Below are positions 13,230-23,900 of a stretch of DNA of 64,000 nucleotides, piece after piece. The DNA comes from Scyliorhinus canicula (lineage: Eukaryota). Made by a program: the position numbers and the translations under genes. Position 1 is the stretch's first letter. Every line of letters starts with the position of its first letter. Under the pieces are notes generated by a model. It searched no databases. It was not told the origin of the DNA and saw nothing but the letters and a program-made list of their open reading frames with translations. Location: positions 17,790,546-17,854,545 of the forward strand of contig NC_052158.1 of NCBI RefSeq assembly GCF_902713615.1, read 5' to 3'.

Positions 13230-13575
13230 TCTACAGCCCCCTTGTCCTGGCTGAGATCTCAGAGGGGGGTGTAGGGCTGGAGGAGGAGAGCCCACCCACT
13301 TGTCCTGACTGAGATCTCAGAGGGGGGTGTAGGGCTGGAGGAGGAGAGCCCACCCACTTGTCCTGACTGAGATCTCAGAGGGGGGTAGGGCTGGAGGAGG
13401 AGAGCCCACCCCCTTGTCCTGACTGAGATCTCAGAGGGGGGTGTAGGGCTGGAGGAGGAGAGCCCACCCACTTGTCCTGGCTGAGATCTCGGAGGGGGGT
13501 GTAGGGCTGGAGGAGGAGAGCCCACCCCCTTGTCCTGGCTGAGATCTCGTAGGGGGTTGTTGGGCTGGAGGAGGT
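13230..13575. repeat. 58-bp G-rich VNTR, ~6 units, intron 5 of copy 1
   Basis: Unit GAGATCTCAGAGGGGGGTGTAGGGCTGGAGGAGGAGAGCCCACCCACTTGTCCTGACT; GAGATCTC recurs at 13253, 13311 and 13369. Confidence 0.92.
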
Positions 13576-13587
13576 GACAGAGATAGG

Positions 13588-13897
13588 GGGCGTGATTTAC
13601 GGCTCCCCACGCCGGGTGGGAGAATCGCGGGAGGGCCGGGCGACTAATTTCACGCCCCCCCCCCCCGCGATTCTCCCACCCACCCGCTCGGAAGAATCGC
13701 AGTTCGCCGTTTTTCACGGCAACCGGCGATTCTCCGACCCGGATGGGCCGAGCACCCGGCCGTTCGGGACCATTTCACGACGGCGGCAACCACACCTGGT
13801 CGCTGCCATCGTGAAAACGCCATAAGATGCCCGTTTGAAACTTGGCCGAGTTCACGACGGCCTTCACGATTTTTCCCGGGAGCGGAGAATCTCGTCC
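13588..13897. mobile_element. GC-rich MITE (PIF/Harbinger-like), internally deleted version of 38907-39553
   Basis: Decayed TIRs GGGCGTGATTTAC/GAGAATCTCGTCC with AGG on both flanks; same site as the copy-3 element. Confidence 0.75.
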
Positions 13898-15124
13898 AGG
13901 GTGTGGGCAGTGAGAATTCAAAGTTCGAGTCATGTCTGGGTTCAAAGCTGATGAGGATCAGTGAGCACTGTGGGGGCTGAAATTATCAACAGGTGACAAC
14001 CAGTGTCAGATTCCAGTAGATTGATTTCAGGGCGGTGACTGACTTCCTACAACTTGTCTTAACCGAGGTCCTGGACTGGAGAGAGATCTTTATTCTCAGT
14101 GAATTGATGCTGATCTGCGCTGGGTGAATGGAGCTGAGGGAATGGGGAGGAATTTCTTCAGACACTCTGTCCCTGAGCTTCCACAGTTCCTGGGCTGAGG
14201 AAAGTGGTGATGTCCCATCACCGTCTGTACACGTCCCGTCATTCACTCCTATTTTTCTCACAGTAACAGCTTCCCAATCATGTTCTCTTCCAGTTCCAGC
14301 ATCTCTCACCCTGGACCCAGAGACAGCAAACAACCTACTCATCATTTCCCAGGATCTGACTAGTGTGAGGGACGGAAATGAGGAGCAAGCTCGACCTGAT
14401 CATCCGGGAAGATTTGATAAACGCTTCTATGTGTTGAGTTCCCAGAGTTTCACGTCAGGGAGACACTACTGGGAGGTGGGTCTTGGAAACAAACCTCGCT
14501 GGATTGTGGGTGTCTGCAGAGAGTCTGTCAACAGGAAAGAACTAATCATTCCTTCACCTGAGAATGGATTTTGGGTCATCGCCCGGCTTCCTGACTGCAA
14601 ATCATTGAAAATCCCGGATGCCATCTCGCAGCTGAAAGTGAAACCCCGGAAGTTGGGAATTTACCTGGATTATGAGGGAGGACAGGTATCATTTTATGAT
14701 GCTGAGGACATGTCTCACCTGTACACCTTCACTGACACATTCACCGAGAAACTCTATCCCATCTTTAATCCCTTATAATAATTGCTCTGGTGATAACTCT
14801 GAGCCACTCACACTGCTCTCTGGGTAACGCAGTGGGAGACGCTTTGGGAGGTCGGAGTTTTAGTGAGAAGCCTGATTCACTGTCTGAACAGCTCATGTTG
14901 TCCTGATTCTCTGCTGTGTGCTGTCAGGGGGTGAGTGTGTTTCTGTATTGTTTATTCTGTAAATTTAACTCAGATTCTCCACCCATCCCACTGTCCCGAT
15001 CTCAATCTAATGGGACCCATAAACACTGGGCTGGTATAGAATGAAGCAAAATCTCCTGAATTGTGGTAACTGTGCCCAGCTCTCGAACAATTCATTGTGA
15101 ATCTTTATTTTGTTTCCTCCCTTG

Positions 15125-15130
15125 AATAAA
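15125..15130 (+). terminator. Candidate polyadenylation signal of copy 1 (paralogs 29056-29061, 40768-40773, 57777-57782)
   Basis: AATAAA retained in all four units ~300 bp after the stop position (excluding insertions). Confidence 0.5.
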
Positions 15131-16054
15131 TATTTTATTTGAAGACGGGACTGACACCTGGTGTGATGATTATTGATTCAGTGAATGAGCAGAAAGAATG
15201 TTTTTTCACTCCTCTATGGGATGTGGGTGTCGCTGGCTGAGCCCTCGTTGCCCATCCCTAATTGCCCTTTGAGAAGGTGGTGTAGGTACACCCACAGTGC
15301 TGTTAGGGAGGGAGTTCCAGGATTTGGACCCAGCGACAGTGAAGGAACAGCCAATATGTTTCCAAGTCAGGATGGTGAGTGACTGGAAGGGAACCTCCAG
15401 GTGGTGGTATCAGGAAAGAGAATATCAGAATAGGTTCCGGAGTACGACATGTGACCATTCGGGAAGATCCTGTCTGAACATCAACACCGACTCCACTTTC
15501 CCATCCTATCCCTTCATTCCCTTTGTACTCAGGAATATATCGATCTATGTGTTGAATATACTCACTGACATCTCACCGAGGTGGAGAATTCCAAAGATTC
15601 CCAACTCTCTCTGCGGAAGGAATTTCTCCTCATCTCAGTCTTAAATGGACGACCCCTTATCCTGATTCTGTGACCCCTCGTTCTAGACCAATCTCAGCAT
15701 CTACCCTGTCAGGATCTCTGAGAATTGTACATGTTTCAATAAGATCATCTCTTATTCTTCTAAACTTCAAAGAATATAGAGCCATCCAACTCAATCCCTC
15801 CTCATATCGGAAAACCCTTTCATCTCAAGAATCAATTCCGTGAACCTTCATTGCTCCCTCTAAGGTAAGTATATGTTTCCTCAGGTAAGGAGACTGAAAC
15901 TGTCCACAGCCCTCCAGCTGTGACCACACTCAATCCCTGTTACATTGCAGCAAGACTTATTCTCTTATACTTCAACCCCATTGTAATAAAGGCTAAGATA
16001 CCATTTCCCTCCCTAATTGTTCACTGTCTCTGCTTGTTACCTTTCTCTGTTTCA

Positions 16055-17090
16055 GTGTATTTCGGGGTGTTGCCATTTAGGGTAGGTGGGGATAGGTTTA
16101 GGGATCTGGGGGTCCAGGTGACAGGGGAGGGGAGCGACAATGCATAAGTGGAACTTAACAAAGTTGGTGGAGGAGATAAAGGAGGACTTTAGGATGTGGG
16201 ATACACAGCGCCTGATGCTGGCAGGAAGGGTCCAAGTGGTTAAAGTGAATGTCTTGCCAAGGTTGTTATTTGGATTTCAGATGCTCCCGATGTTTATTCC
16301 AAAGGCTTTCTTCCGGAGTTTGGTCAATGTAATTTGGGAGTTTATTTGGGCGGGGAAGGTGCCAAGGGTGAAGTGGGCCCTGATACAGAGGCAGGGAGAG
16401 AAAGGGGACTTGGCGTTACCGAACCTGCTGTACTATTATTGGGTGGTGAATGTGGAGAAAGTGAGGTGATAGTGGGAGGGAGAGAGGCCGGAATGGGTTA
16501 GGATGGAGGAGGAATCCTGTAGGGGGCCCAGCTTCAGGGCCATGGTAACGGTGGCACTACCGTTGTCACCGAGGGGATATACGGAGAGCCGGGTTGTACA
16601 GTCCACGGTTAGGGTGTGGAACCAGCTGAGGAGACACTTTAGGATGGAGGGGATGTCGGTGCTAATACTGTTGTGTGTGAACCACGGATTCAAACCGGGG
16701 GAGACGGATGGCATGTACAGGAGGTGGAGAGAGGTGGGGTTGATGAGGGCCAGGGGTTTATATTTAGAGGAGAGGTTCGCCAGTCTGGAAGAGCTGTGGG
16801 AGAGGGTGGAGCTCCCGAGGGGGGGGGGGGGGGGGTGATTTTAGGTATTACCAAGTGAGGGGCTTTGCATGGAAGATGTGGAAAGAGTTCCCCAGGCTGC
16901 CGAAGTCGCCCTATTGGAATGGCTGCTGCTTCCGGACGTGGAGGAGGAGGGGAGGATTGGGGACATATTGGGAGAGCAGGGGGAATGCACATGGTGAGGA
17001 TTAAGGAGAAATGGAAGGAGGAGTTGGGGGTAGATAGGGGAATGGGGAATGAGGCGCTGGGCGGGGTGAATTTGGCCTCTTGTGCGCTTA
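16055..17090 (+). mobile_element. L1-clade ORF2 C-terminal fragment (5' part of an insertion split by an inversion)
   Basis: FRDLGVQV, LAGRVQVVKVNVLPR and LALPNLLYYYW motifs; starts right after TSD half TTCTCTGTTTCA (16043-16054). Confidence 0.85.
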
Positions 17091-17091
17091 T

Positions 17092-18524
17092 GAGTTACAG
17101 ACTGGAATCTAATCGAGGGGTTCAGATGGTTTATATATACAATGATGGATATCTGGGAGTGAGTTACAGACTGGAATCTAATCGAGGGGTTTAGATGGTT
17201 TATATATAGAATAATGGACATCTAGGAGTGAGTTACAGACTGGAATCTAATCGAGGGGTTCAGATGGTTTATATATAGAATAATGGATATCTGGGAGTGA
17301 GTTACAGAGTGGAATCTAATCGAGGGGTTCAGATGGTTTATATATAGAATAATGGATATCTGGGAGTGAGTTACAGACTGGAATCTAATCGAGGGGTTCA
17401 GATGGTTGAAATATAGAATAATAGATATCTTGGAGTGAGTTACAGACTGGAATCTAATCGAGGGGTTCAGATGGTTTATATATAGAATAATGGATATCTG
17501 GGAGTGAGTTACAGAGTGGAATCTAATCGAGGAGTTCAGATGGCTTATATATACAATAATGGATATCTGGGATTGAGTTACAGACTGGAATCTAATCGAG
17601 GGGTTCAGATGGTTGATATATAGAATAATAGATATCTGGGAGTGAGTTACAGACTGGAATCTAATCGAGGGGTTCAGATGGTTGATATATAGAATAATAG
17701 ATATCTGGGAGTGAGTTACAGACTGGAATCTAATCGAGGGGTTTAGATGGTTGATATATAGAATAATAGATATCTGGGAGTGAGTTACAGAGTTGAATCT
17801 AATCGAGGTGTTCAGATGGTTTATATACAATAATGGATACCTGGGAGTGAATTACAGACTGGAATCTAATTGAGGGGTTCAGAAGGTTTATATATAGAAT
17901 AATAGAACATAGAACAGTACAGCACAGAACAGGCCCTTCGGCCCTCGATGTTGTGCCGAGCAATGATCACCTTACTCAAACCCACGTATCCACCCTATAC
18001 CCGTAACCCAACAACCCACCCCTTAACCTTACTTTTTTAGGACACTACGGGCAATTTAGCATGGCCAATCCACCTAACCCGCACATCTTTGGACAGTGGG
18101 AGGAGACCGGAGCACCCGGAGGAAACCCACGCACACACGGGGAGGACGTGCCGACCCCGCACAGACAGTGGCCCAGCCGGGAACCGAACCTGGGAACCTG
18201 GAGCTGTGAAGCATTTATGCTAACCACCATGCTACCGTGCTGCCCCTAATGGATAGCTGGGAGTGAGTTACAGACTGGAATCTAATCGAGGGGTTCAGAT
18301 GGTTTATATATAGAATAATGGATACCTGGGAGTGAGTTACAGACTGGAATCTAATCGAGGGGTTCAGATGGTTTATATATAGAATAATGGATACCTGGGA
18401 GTGAGTTACTGACTGGAATCTAATCGACGGGTTCAGATGGTTTATATATAGAATAATGGATACCTGAGAGTGCGTTACAGACTGGAATCTAATCGAGGGG
18501 TTCAGATGGTTTATATATAGAATA
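17092..18524 (-). repeat. 69-bp minisatellite in inverted orientation (~16 units, interrupted by a SINE)
   Basis: Reverse complement of the intron-2 unit. Confidence 0.93.
17904..18246 (-). mobile_element. tRNA-derived SINE with CR1-type 3' tail (HE1-like)
   Basis: A-box TGGTTAGCA and B-box-like GGTTCGGTTCC on the minus strand; the tail matches the CR1 3' end at ~4820-4880. Confidence 0.88.
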
Positions 18525-18526
18525 GT

Positions 18527-18840
18527 GAGCAGCACGGCAACACAGTGGTTAGCACTGTTGCTACACAGTTCCAGGGTCCCAGGTGCAATTCCCTGCTTGG
18601 GGCACTCTCTGTGTGGAGTCTCCACATTCTCCCTGTGTCTGTGTGGATTTCCTCCGGGTGCTCCGGTTTCCTCCCACAAGTCCCGAAAGATGTGCTGTTA
18701 GGAAATTTGGACATTCTGAATTCTCCCTCTGTGTACCCAAACAGGCGCCAGAACGTGGCGACTAGTGGCTCTTCACAGTAACTTCATTGCTGTGTTAATG
18801 TAAGCCTACTTGTGACAATAATAAAGATTATTATTATTAT
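18527..18840 (+). mobile_element. tRNA-derived SINE, second family, (ATT)n tail
   Basis: Same tRNA-like head but a different 3' end (AATAATAAAGATTATTATTA); orthologous copy at 43209-43522. Confidence 0.8.
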
Positions 18841-18909
18841 ATTTATTGCCTCACTCAATCTGGTCTCCAACTGAAAGGCAGCTGACAGTGCAAGTGGTCA
18901 TTCACAGCA

Positions 18910-18928
18910 CTGCCAGCAGATGGCGGCG
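18910..18928 (+). promoter_or_regulatory. CTCF-like core motif, forward
   Basis: CTGCCAGCAGATGGCGGCG matches the CCASYAGRKGGCRS consensus. Confidence 0.6.
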
Positions 18929-19238
18929 CTGCTCCATGTAAAGCCCTTCCAGCCAACATGGGGAAAGTGTGGGTCAGGGTGAGAGATCAAGGGGGGGGGG
19001 GGGATTTTGGGAAGCGCTTCTTCACACAAAGGTTATAAAAGCAAGGCGAGTAAATGTGGTTCAGATACAGATCAGCTGTGAGCTAACTGAATGGTGCAAC
19101 AGGCTGGAGGGGCTCAATACCCAACACCTTTTGATAAAATTATCACTTTGACATGAGGATCTCAGGATATTTTTTTAAAGATGAGAGACTTGTAAATATT
19201 GGGAGACGGAAGGATTTGTGTATCCATGAAGCAGAGAA

Positions 19239-19420
19239 TGTTTATTTTAGTGTATTTCATTCCAAATAAATTCAATAATGGAAAAACAAGCAACCTGGGG
19301 AACATTCCCCCCAGCCACAATGTTACAATCTGTACAAATGTTTCCATTTTACACATTCCCCCTCCTCGCGATGAACAATTCCTCAAACGTGGCCACCGAA
19401 GATCCCCACCGTTTGGGGAT
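19239..19420 (-). mobile_element. L1 3' end (ORF2 tail and 3' UTR), inverted
   Basis: Minus frame reads RWGSSVATFEELFIAR, like the other L1 C-termini here; ends AAAATAAACA next to the inverted TSD TGAAGCAGAGAA (19227-19238). Confidence 0.75.
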
Positions 19421-20892
19421 CAGAATCCCCTCAGATATGGGAGTTACTGAGGAATCCAATAGGGAATTCTGGAGAAACATCTTTACCCAGAGCGGGATTA
19501 GAATGAGGAGGTCACTGCCGTTCACTGGGAACAGGGCAGGGGACTGGGGTAAAATAGAGGGAGTGTGTCCTTGCCACCAGTTCAGTGCTGGACTCACTCT
19601 GACTGGGTTTGGGGATGGATACGAGGCCCTTGTTTCAGGTGAAGCAACATTTTAAAGTCTGGGCTCGATGGCAGCATTTACACTCACAGTGACTCCCAGT
19701 GGGAGTCAATGGAAAGGGATATTGTCCAGAGTGTTCAACAAGAGGCTGATTCACTGTCTCCCATTGAGTGCTGCCACCCCAGTCGAATATCCTATTAAAG
19801 AGCATCACTGTCTCAGTAACATGTCTTGTGAGATGATCACAAACTGTGGGTGAGACAATAGCATAATCAGCATCACGATTTATCCAAACTAACAGAAGAT
19901 TAACAAGTGGATGGAGCAGGAGGTGAACAGGAATTTAAAGATGTTATTGGTCAGTCAATGTCCCAGTTCCTGATGTGTAAATGTGATCTGGTGGCTGACA
20001 GAGCCTGTCCCTTCATCACTCTCCAGTAAATGGATGCTCTGCACAGCTAGGGTGTCTGTGTCTGGGTGTCTGTGTGTGTGTGTTACCTAAACTCTGCACC
20101 AACTTTCCATCTTCCTGTCCAGAAGCTGATCAGAGAGGTTCCGGCAGGATTGAGGGGGAAAAGATGGCCCAGGATTTGGGAGGGAGGGAGAGAGACTCTC
20201 CAGGAATTTGGAGAACAAGGGGGAGGTTGGAGATGGGGGTGGACATGTTCAAATAGATGTTTTTTGTCAGAATGAGGGTCAGATGGTGACAGGATGGAGA
20301 GAGGATAAGGAGGGGCTCAGGGATGAGATGGATTTGGAAAGGACTTGGGGGGAGGGAGAGAAGAGAAACTAGAGAAAGATGTGGGGGTGAAGGGGGGATG
20401 TTTGGTCAGTGGGTTGGGGGGGGCAGGAGGTTAGTAAGAGAAACAGCTGTAAGGATGGTCTGGATTGTAATTAAGAAAGCCATTGCTGAGTTCCTCACAC
20501 GGGGGAGATGAGGGATGTGGGGAAAGGGGGGAGAGAGTTTTCAAGGGGTGGGTTTGTAGAGAGAGAAGAGAAATAATGTTATAAATCTGACTTGATAAAA
20601 GTGAACAAGGCTCCAGACACAATAAAGGGGTCAGTTTGATTTAATTCGAATACATCTGTTGGTCTTTAACCTGGTTAAAGAAATTCAAGTGCTCCTCCCT
20701 TCGAGTTGTGGGCGTGGGGCGTGGGGAGGGGGGGAGAGAGATTTGCAGGGGCGAGAAGGGTTTTAATGACTGGTAATGAACAGGAATTAGTCTCATAAAG
20801 CTGACTTTATAAAAATGAAAAAGGCTCCAGACACAATAAAGGGGTCAGTTTGATTTAATTCCAAAGTTGCTGACACTGAGTGTGTCACTGAT

Positions 20893-20946
20893 CACGTGAA
20901 GTGAAATCCAGGAAGTGCAGAACTGAACAGGAATTGACAGTGAAAG
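20893..20946 (+). promoter_or_regulatory. Proximal motif cluster of copy 2 (paralogs 32864-32917, 45835-45888)
   Basis: CACGTG, AAGTGAAA and CAGGAAGT retained; downstream site reads GACAGTGAAAG. Confidence 0.5.
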
Positions 20947-20986
20947 AGCTGGAACAGGGAAGGAGAGAGAGACTCTGGGCACTGAG

Positions 20987-23900
20987 ATGGCATCTCCAGA
21001 TCTCACACAGGAACTAACCTGTCCCATCTGTCTGGAGATATTCACCCACCCGGTGTCTCTGGAATGTGGACATCATTTCTGCAGCTCCTGCATCTCCCAG
21101 AGTTGGCAGAAGGTCCCGGGAGATGTTTCCTGCCCCCAGTGTCGACAGGTCTTCACCCAGAGGAACGTCAGGCCCGCTCGGACCCTCATTAACATCGTGG
21201 AGAAGGTCAGAGAGGTGAAGGTGACACAGCCACAGGAGGAGTTTTACTGTCAGGAACACGAGGAGAAGCTGAAACTCTTCTGTGAAGATGAACACAAAGC
21301 GATATGTCTGGTGTGTGGGATGTCCAGAGCTCATAAGACGCACAGTGTGATCCCAATAAAGGAGGCAGCCCAGATATACAAGGTACTGGATCACTGCTCC
21401 TGGCACAGGTAGATGGAGAAGAGGGACAGGGTGTAAGTCACAGAGAGAGAGAGAGAGAGAGAGAGTGTTTGTAGAATGTGGGGAGGGGAAGAGAGGGCGG
21501 GAGAGACAGGGATAGGGAAGGGGAGAGGGATGTTGAAAGAGGAGAGGGTTGAAGCGAGTAGAGGATTGATTGAGGAGGGGAATTAACCTGGAGGAGGATA
21601 ATTGCAATAAACAGAATTAACCCACAGCTTCTACTCTGTTTATTGAGTGTAATCAATCCTGAGAATATCTCCTTCTCTACCTCACTGGTCTAACTCTATT
21701 TAAACACAGCAAACCCCTCCAGAAGGTGACAATGATTGTTTCCTTTGACAAACCCATTTCTGTCCTTTCTATCTCAGAACAAGTTAGAAACATCATTGGA
21801 AACTCTGCAGAAGCAAATGGACCTCAGTCTTCACAGTAAAAGAGAACAAGAGGATGGGATTTTCCACATGAAGGTAGGAGAGTGTCCTTTAGGCATTGTG
21901 TAAACTTCCCTGTGTTTGTTATTGAGAGTGAGTGAGCTTCTCACACAGTCAGAGAGAGAGTTTTACTGAATAAAATGTTGCTGCTCCAAAGTACACTGCG
22001 GGCTACTCCCTGAACTGCAATATAAGGGACCGTCTGTAAATTGCAGATTATTATAACAATGTGTAAATATCTTATTTTCTCTCTCAAGCCAATCCCATCG
22101 ATTGATGAAATAAATCATGTCTGTAACTCACTCCCAGGTATCCATTATTCTATATATAAACCATCTAAACCCCTCGATTAGATTCCAGTCTGTAACTCAC
22201 TCCCAGGTATCCATTATGCTATATATAAACCATCTGAACCCCTTGATTCGATGCCAGTCTGTAACTCACTCCCAGGTATCCGTTATTCACTTTTATACAA
22301 TGTGAACCCCTCAATTAGATTCCAGTCTGTAACTCACTCCCAGGTATCCATTATTCCATATGTAAACCATCTGAATTCCACAATTAGATTCCACTTAGTG
22401 ACTCAGCCCTTGATGTCTATTATTTCATAAATAACCACTGGATTCACTTTACAATGTTTGTTTGTAACTCACTCCCAATTAGCCAATATTCCATCAAACT
22501 GTTCAGCCGGCAGTGAGCTGTTATTGTTTGTTATTCGTACTGGATATAAATTTTTATCCCTATATCCCAGTGGACAGAGACAAGGGACTCTGGGATTATA
22601 AATGTTGTTTATTCCGTTCTGTATTCAATCTGTTCCAGGCTGAAGTTGACAGACTGAGAAATGAAATCAACAGTGAATTTGAAAAGATGCACAAGTTCCT
22701 GTTTGAGAAGGAGGAGCTGATGAAAGCAGAGTTGGAGAGAAAAAGCAATAAAATATTCGAGGAAATGGAGAACAATTTAACCAACACCATGGAGGAAATC
22801 TCTTCTCTTGAAGCAGCAATAAGAGATCTTAAATCGAGGCTGGAGGTACAACTGGCCCCAGAGTTCCTCAAGGTACAAAATCTCTTTGTCTTGTCCAGTG
22901 AAACATTCCAGAGACTGAGGGCGGGCACTCTGACCTTTAACCTCTGGGTTTGGATTAGGCCTCAGTCTGATTGGTTGGATGATTGTCTCTTTGTGCTGTC
23001 AGTAAGGGTCCAATGGGAAATGAGGTGAGATAATCTCAGTGTGATTCCTATACACAGCGTAACCACGGCGCTGATTGATGATTGGACTCCGAGAGAGCTG
23101 GGCTGGGAACTGGAGATGTTTACACTGCTGCAGATGGAGTTCCACTGAGATCTGCTGAGGACGGGTTAAAGTGCATTATTGCAGGGGTGATGGGGCTATG
23201 GTTAGAGAGATAGGAATGGGAGCAGGTAAGTGCAGCACGCCCAGCTGGACAACAGTGGAGAGGCGATGGAGGGGGATGGTGTGATCGACCGTGTCAAAGG
23301 CTGCAGACAGACCAAGAATAAAGAGGAGGGAAAGTTTGTAAGGATGGGTTTTTTGGGGAGAGGGGTGAAGATGTAGATTTAAATGAGAGAGAGACAACAC
23401 CTGAAGAGATGAATCAGTTTACAATCCCAGCTAACATGGGGGCCAGGAGGGGCGGTTGGGAGATCAGTAGTTTTTGGGAATAGGATGGAGGGGACAGGAG
23501 GTGGGTCTGATGGACAAGATGATCTCAGAGAGGGAATGAAAGGAAAAAATAAAAGTTATTTTCTAACTGAAAACTTGGTCTCTCAATTTCTACTCGAGAT
23601 TTACAACAAGAACTCTTTAATCTGACTCGATCATATCTATTCTGTTCCTTTCCCCTCAGGATATTCAAGACCTATTGATGAGGTAAGCAGATATAAAGAA
23701 ACAGTTTTGTGATGTGATCACTGCTGTCTCTCTAACACACACTGATTTGCCAGACCTGTTTTTACAGGAGTCAGATGGTGTTTCACAAGCCTGGAACTGT
23801 CTCCACTCAGTTACCTGTGGATATCGCTGGTGAACCAGTCAAATACCTCAAAGTGTGGAAGGAAATGAGAGCAGTGATTTCACCAGGTATCATTCTCTGT

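Larger units (their letters stand above)
5201..14778 (+). pseudogene. TRIM copy 1 (RING-B-box-CC-PRY/SPRY), disrupted by two frameshifts
   Basis: GT-AG exons 5201-5602, 5986-6080, 7948-8181, 8978-9000, 9086-9204, 14294-14778. Exon 2 is 95 nt versus 96 in paralogs, giving TGA at 6076-6078. A 1-nt insertion at ~14773 gives an early TAA in the last exon. Confidence 0.85.

Noticed and set aside
14128-14293. N-terminal extensions of exon ORFs (MELREWGG..., MLSLLDINF...)
   Set aside because: Intron read-through; the AG acceptors at 14293 and 7947 give correct phases and typical TRIM exon sizes.
19199-20622. Short spacer ORFs repeated in each unit (MAAFTLTV... and others)
   Set aside because: No recognisable domain, frames break between units, no splice structure.
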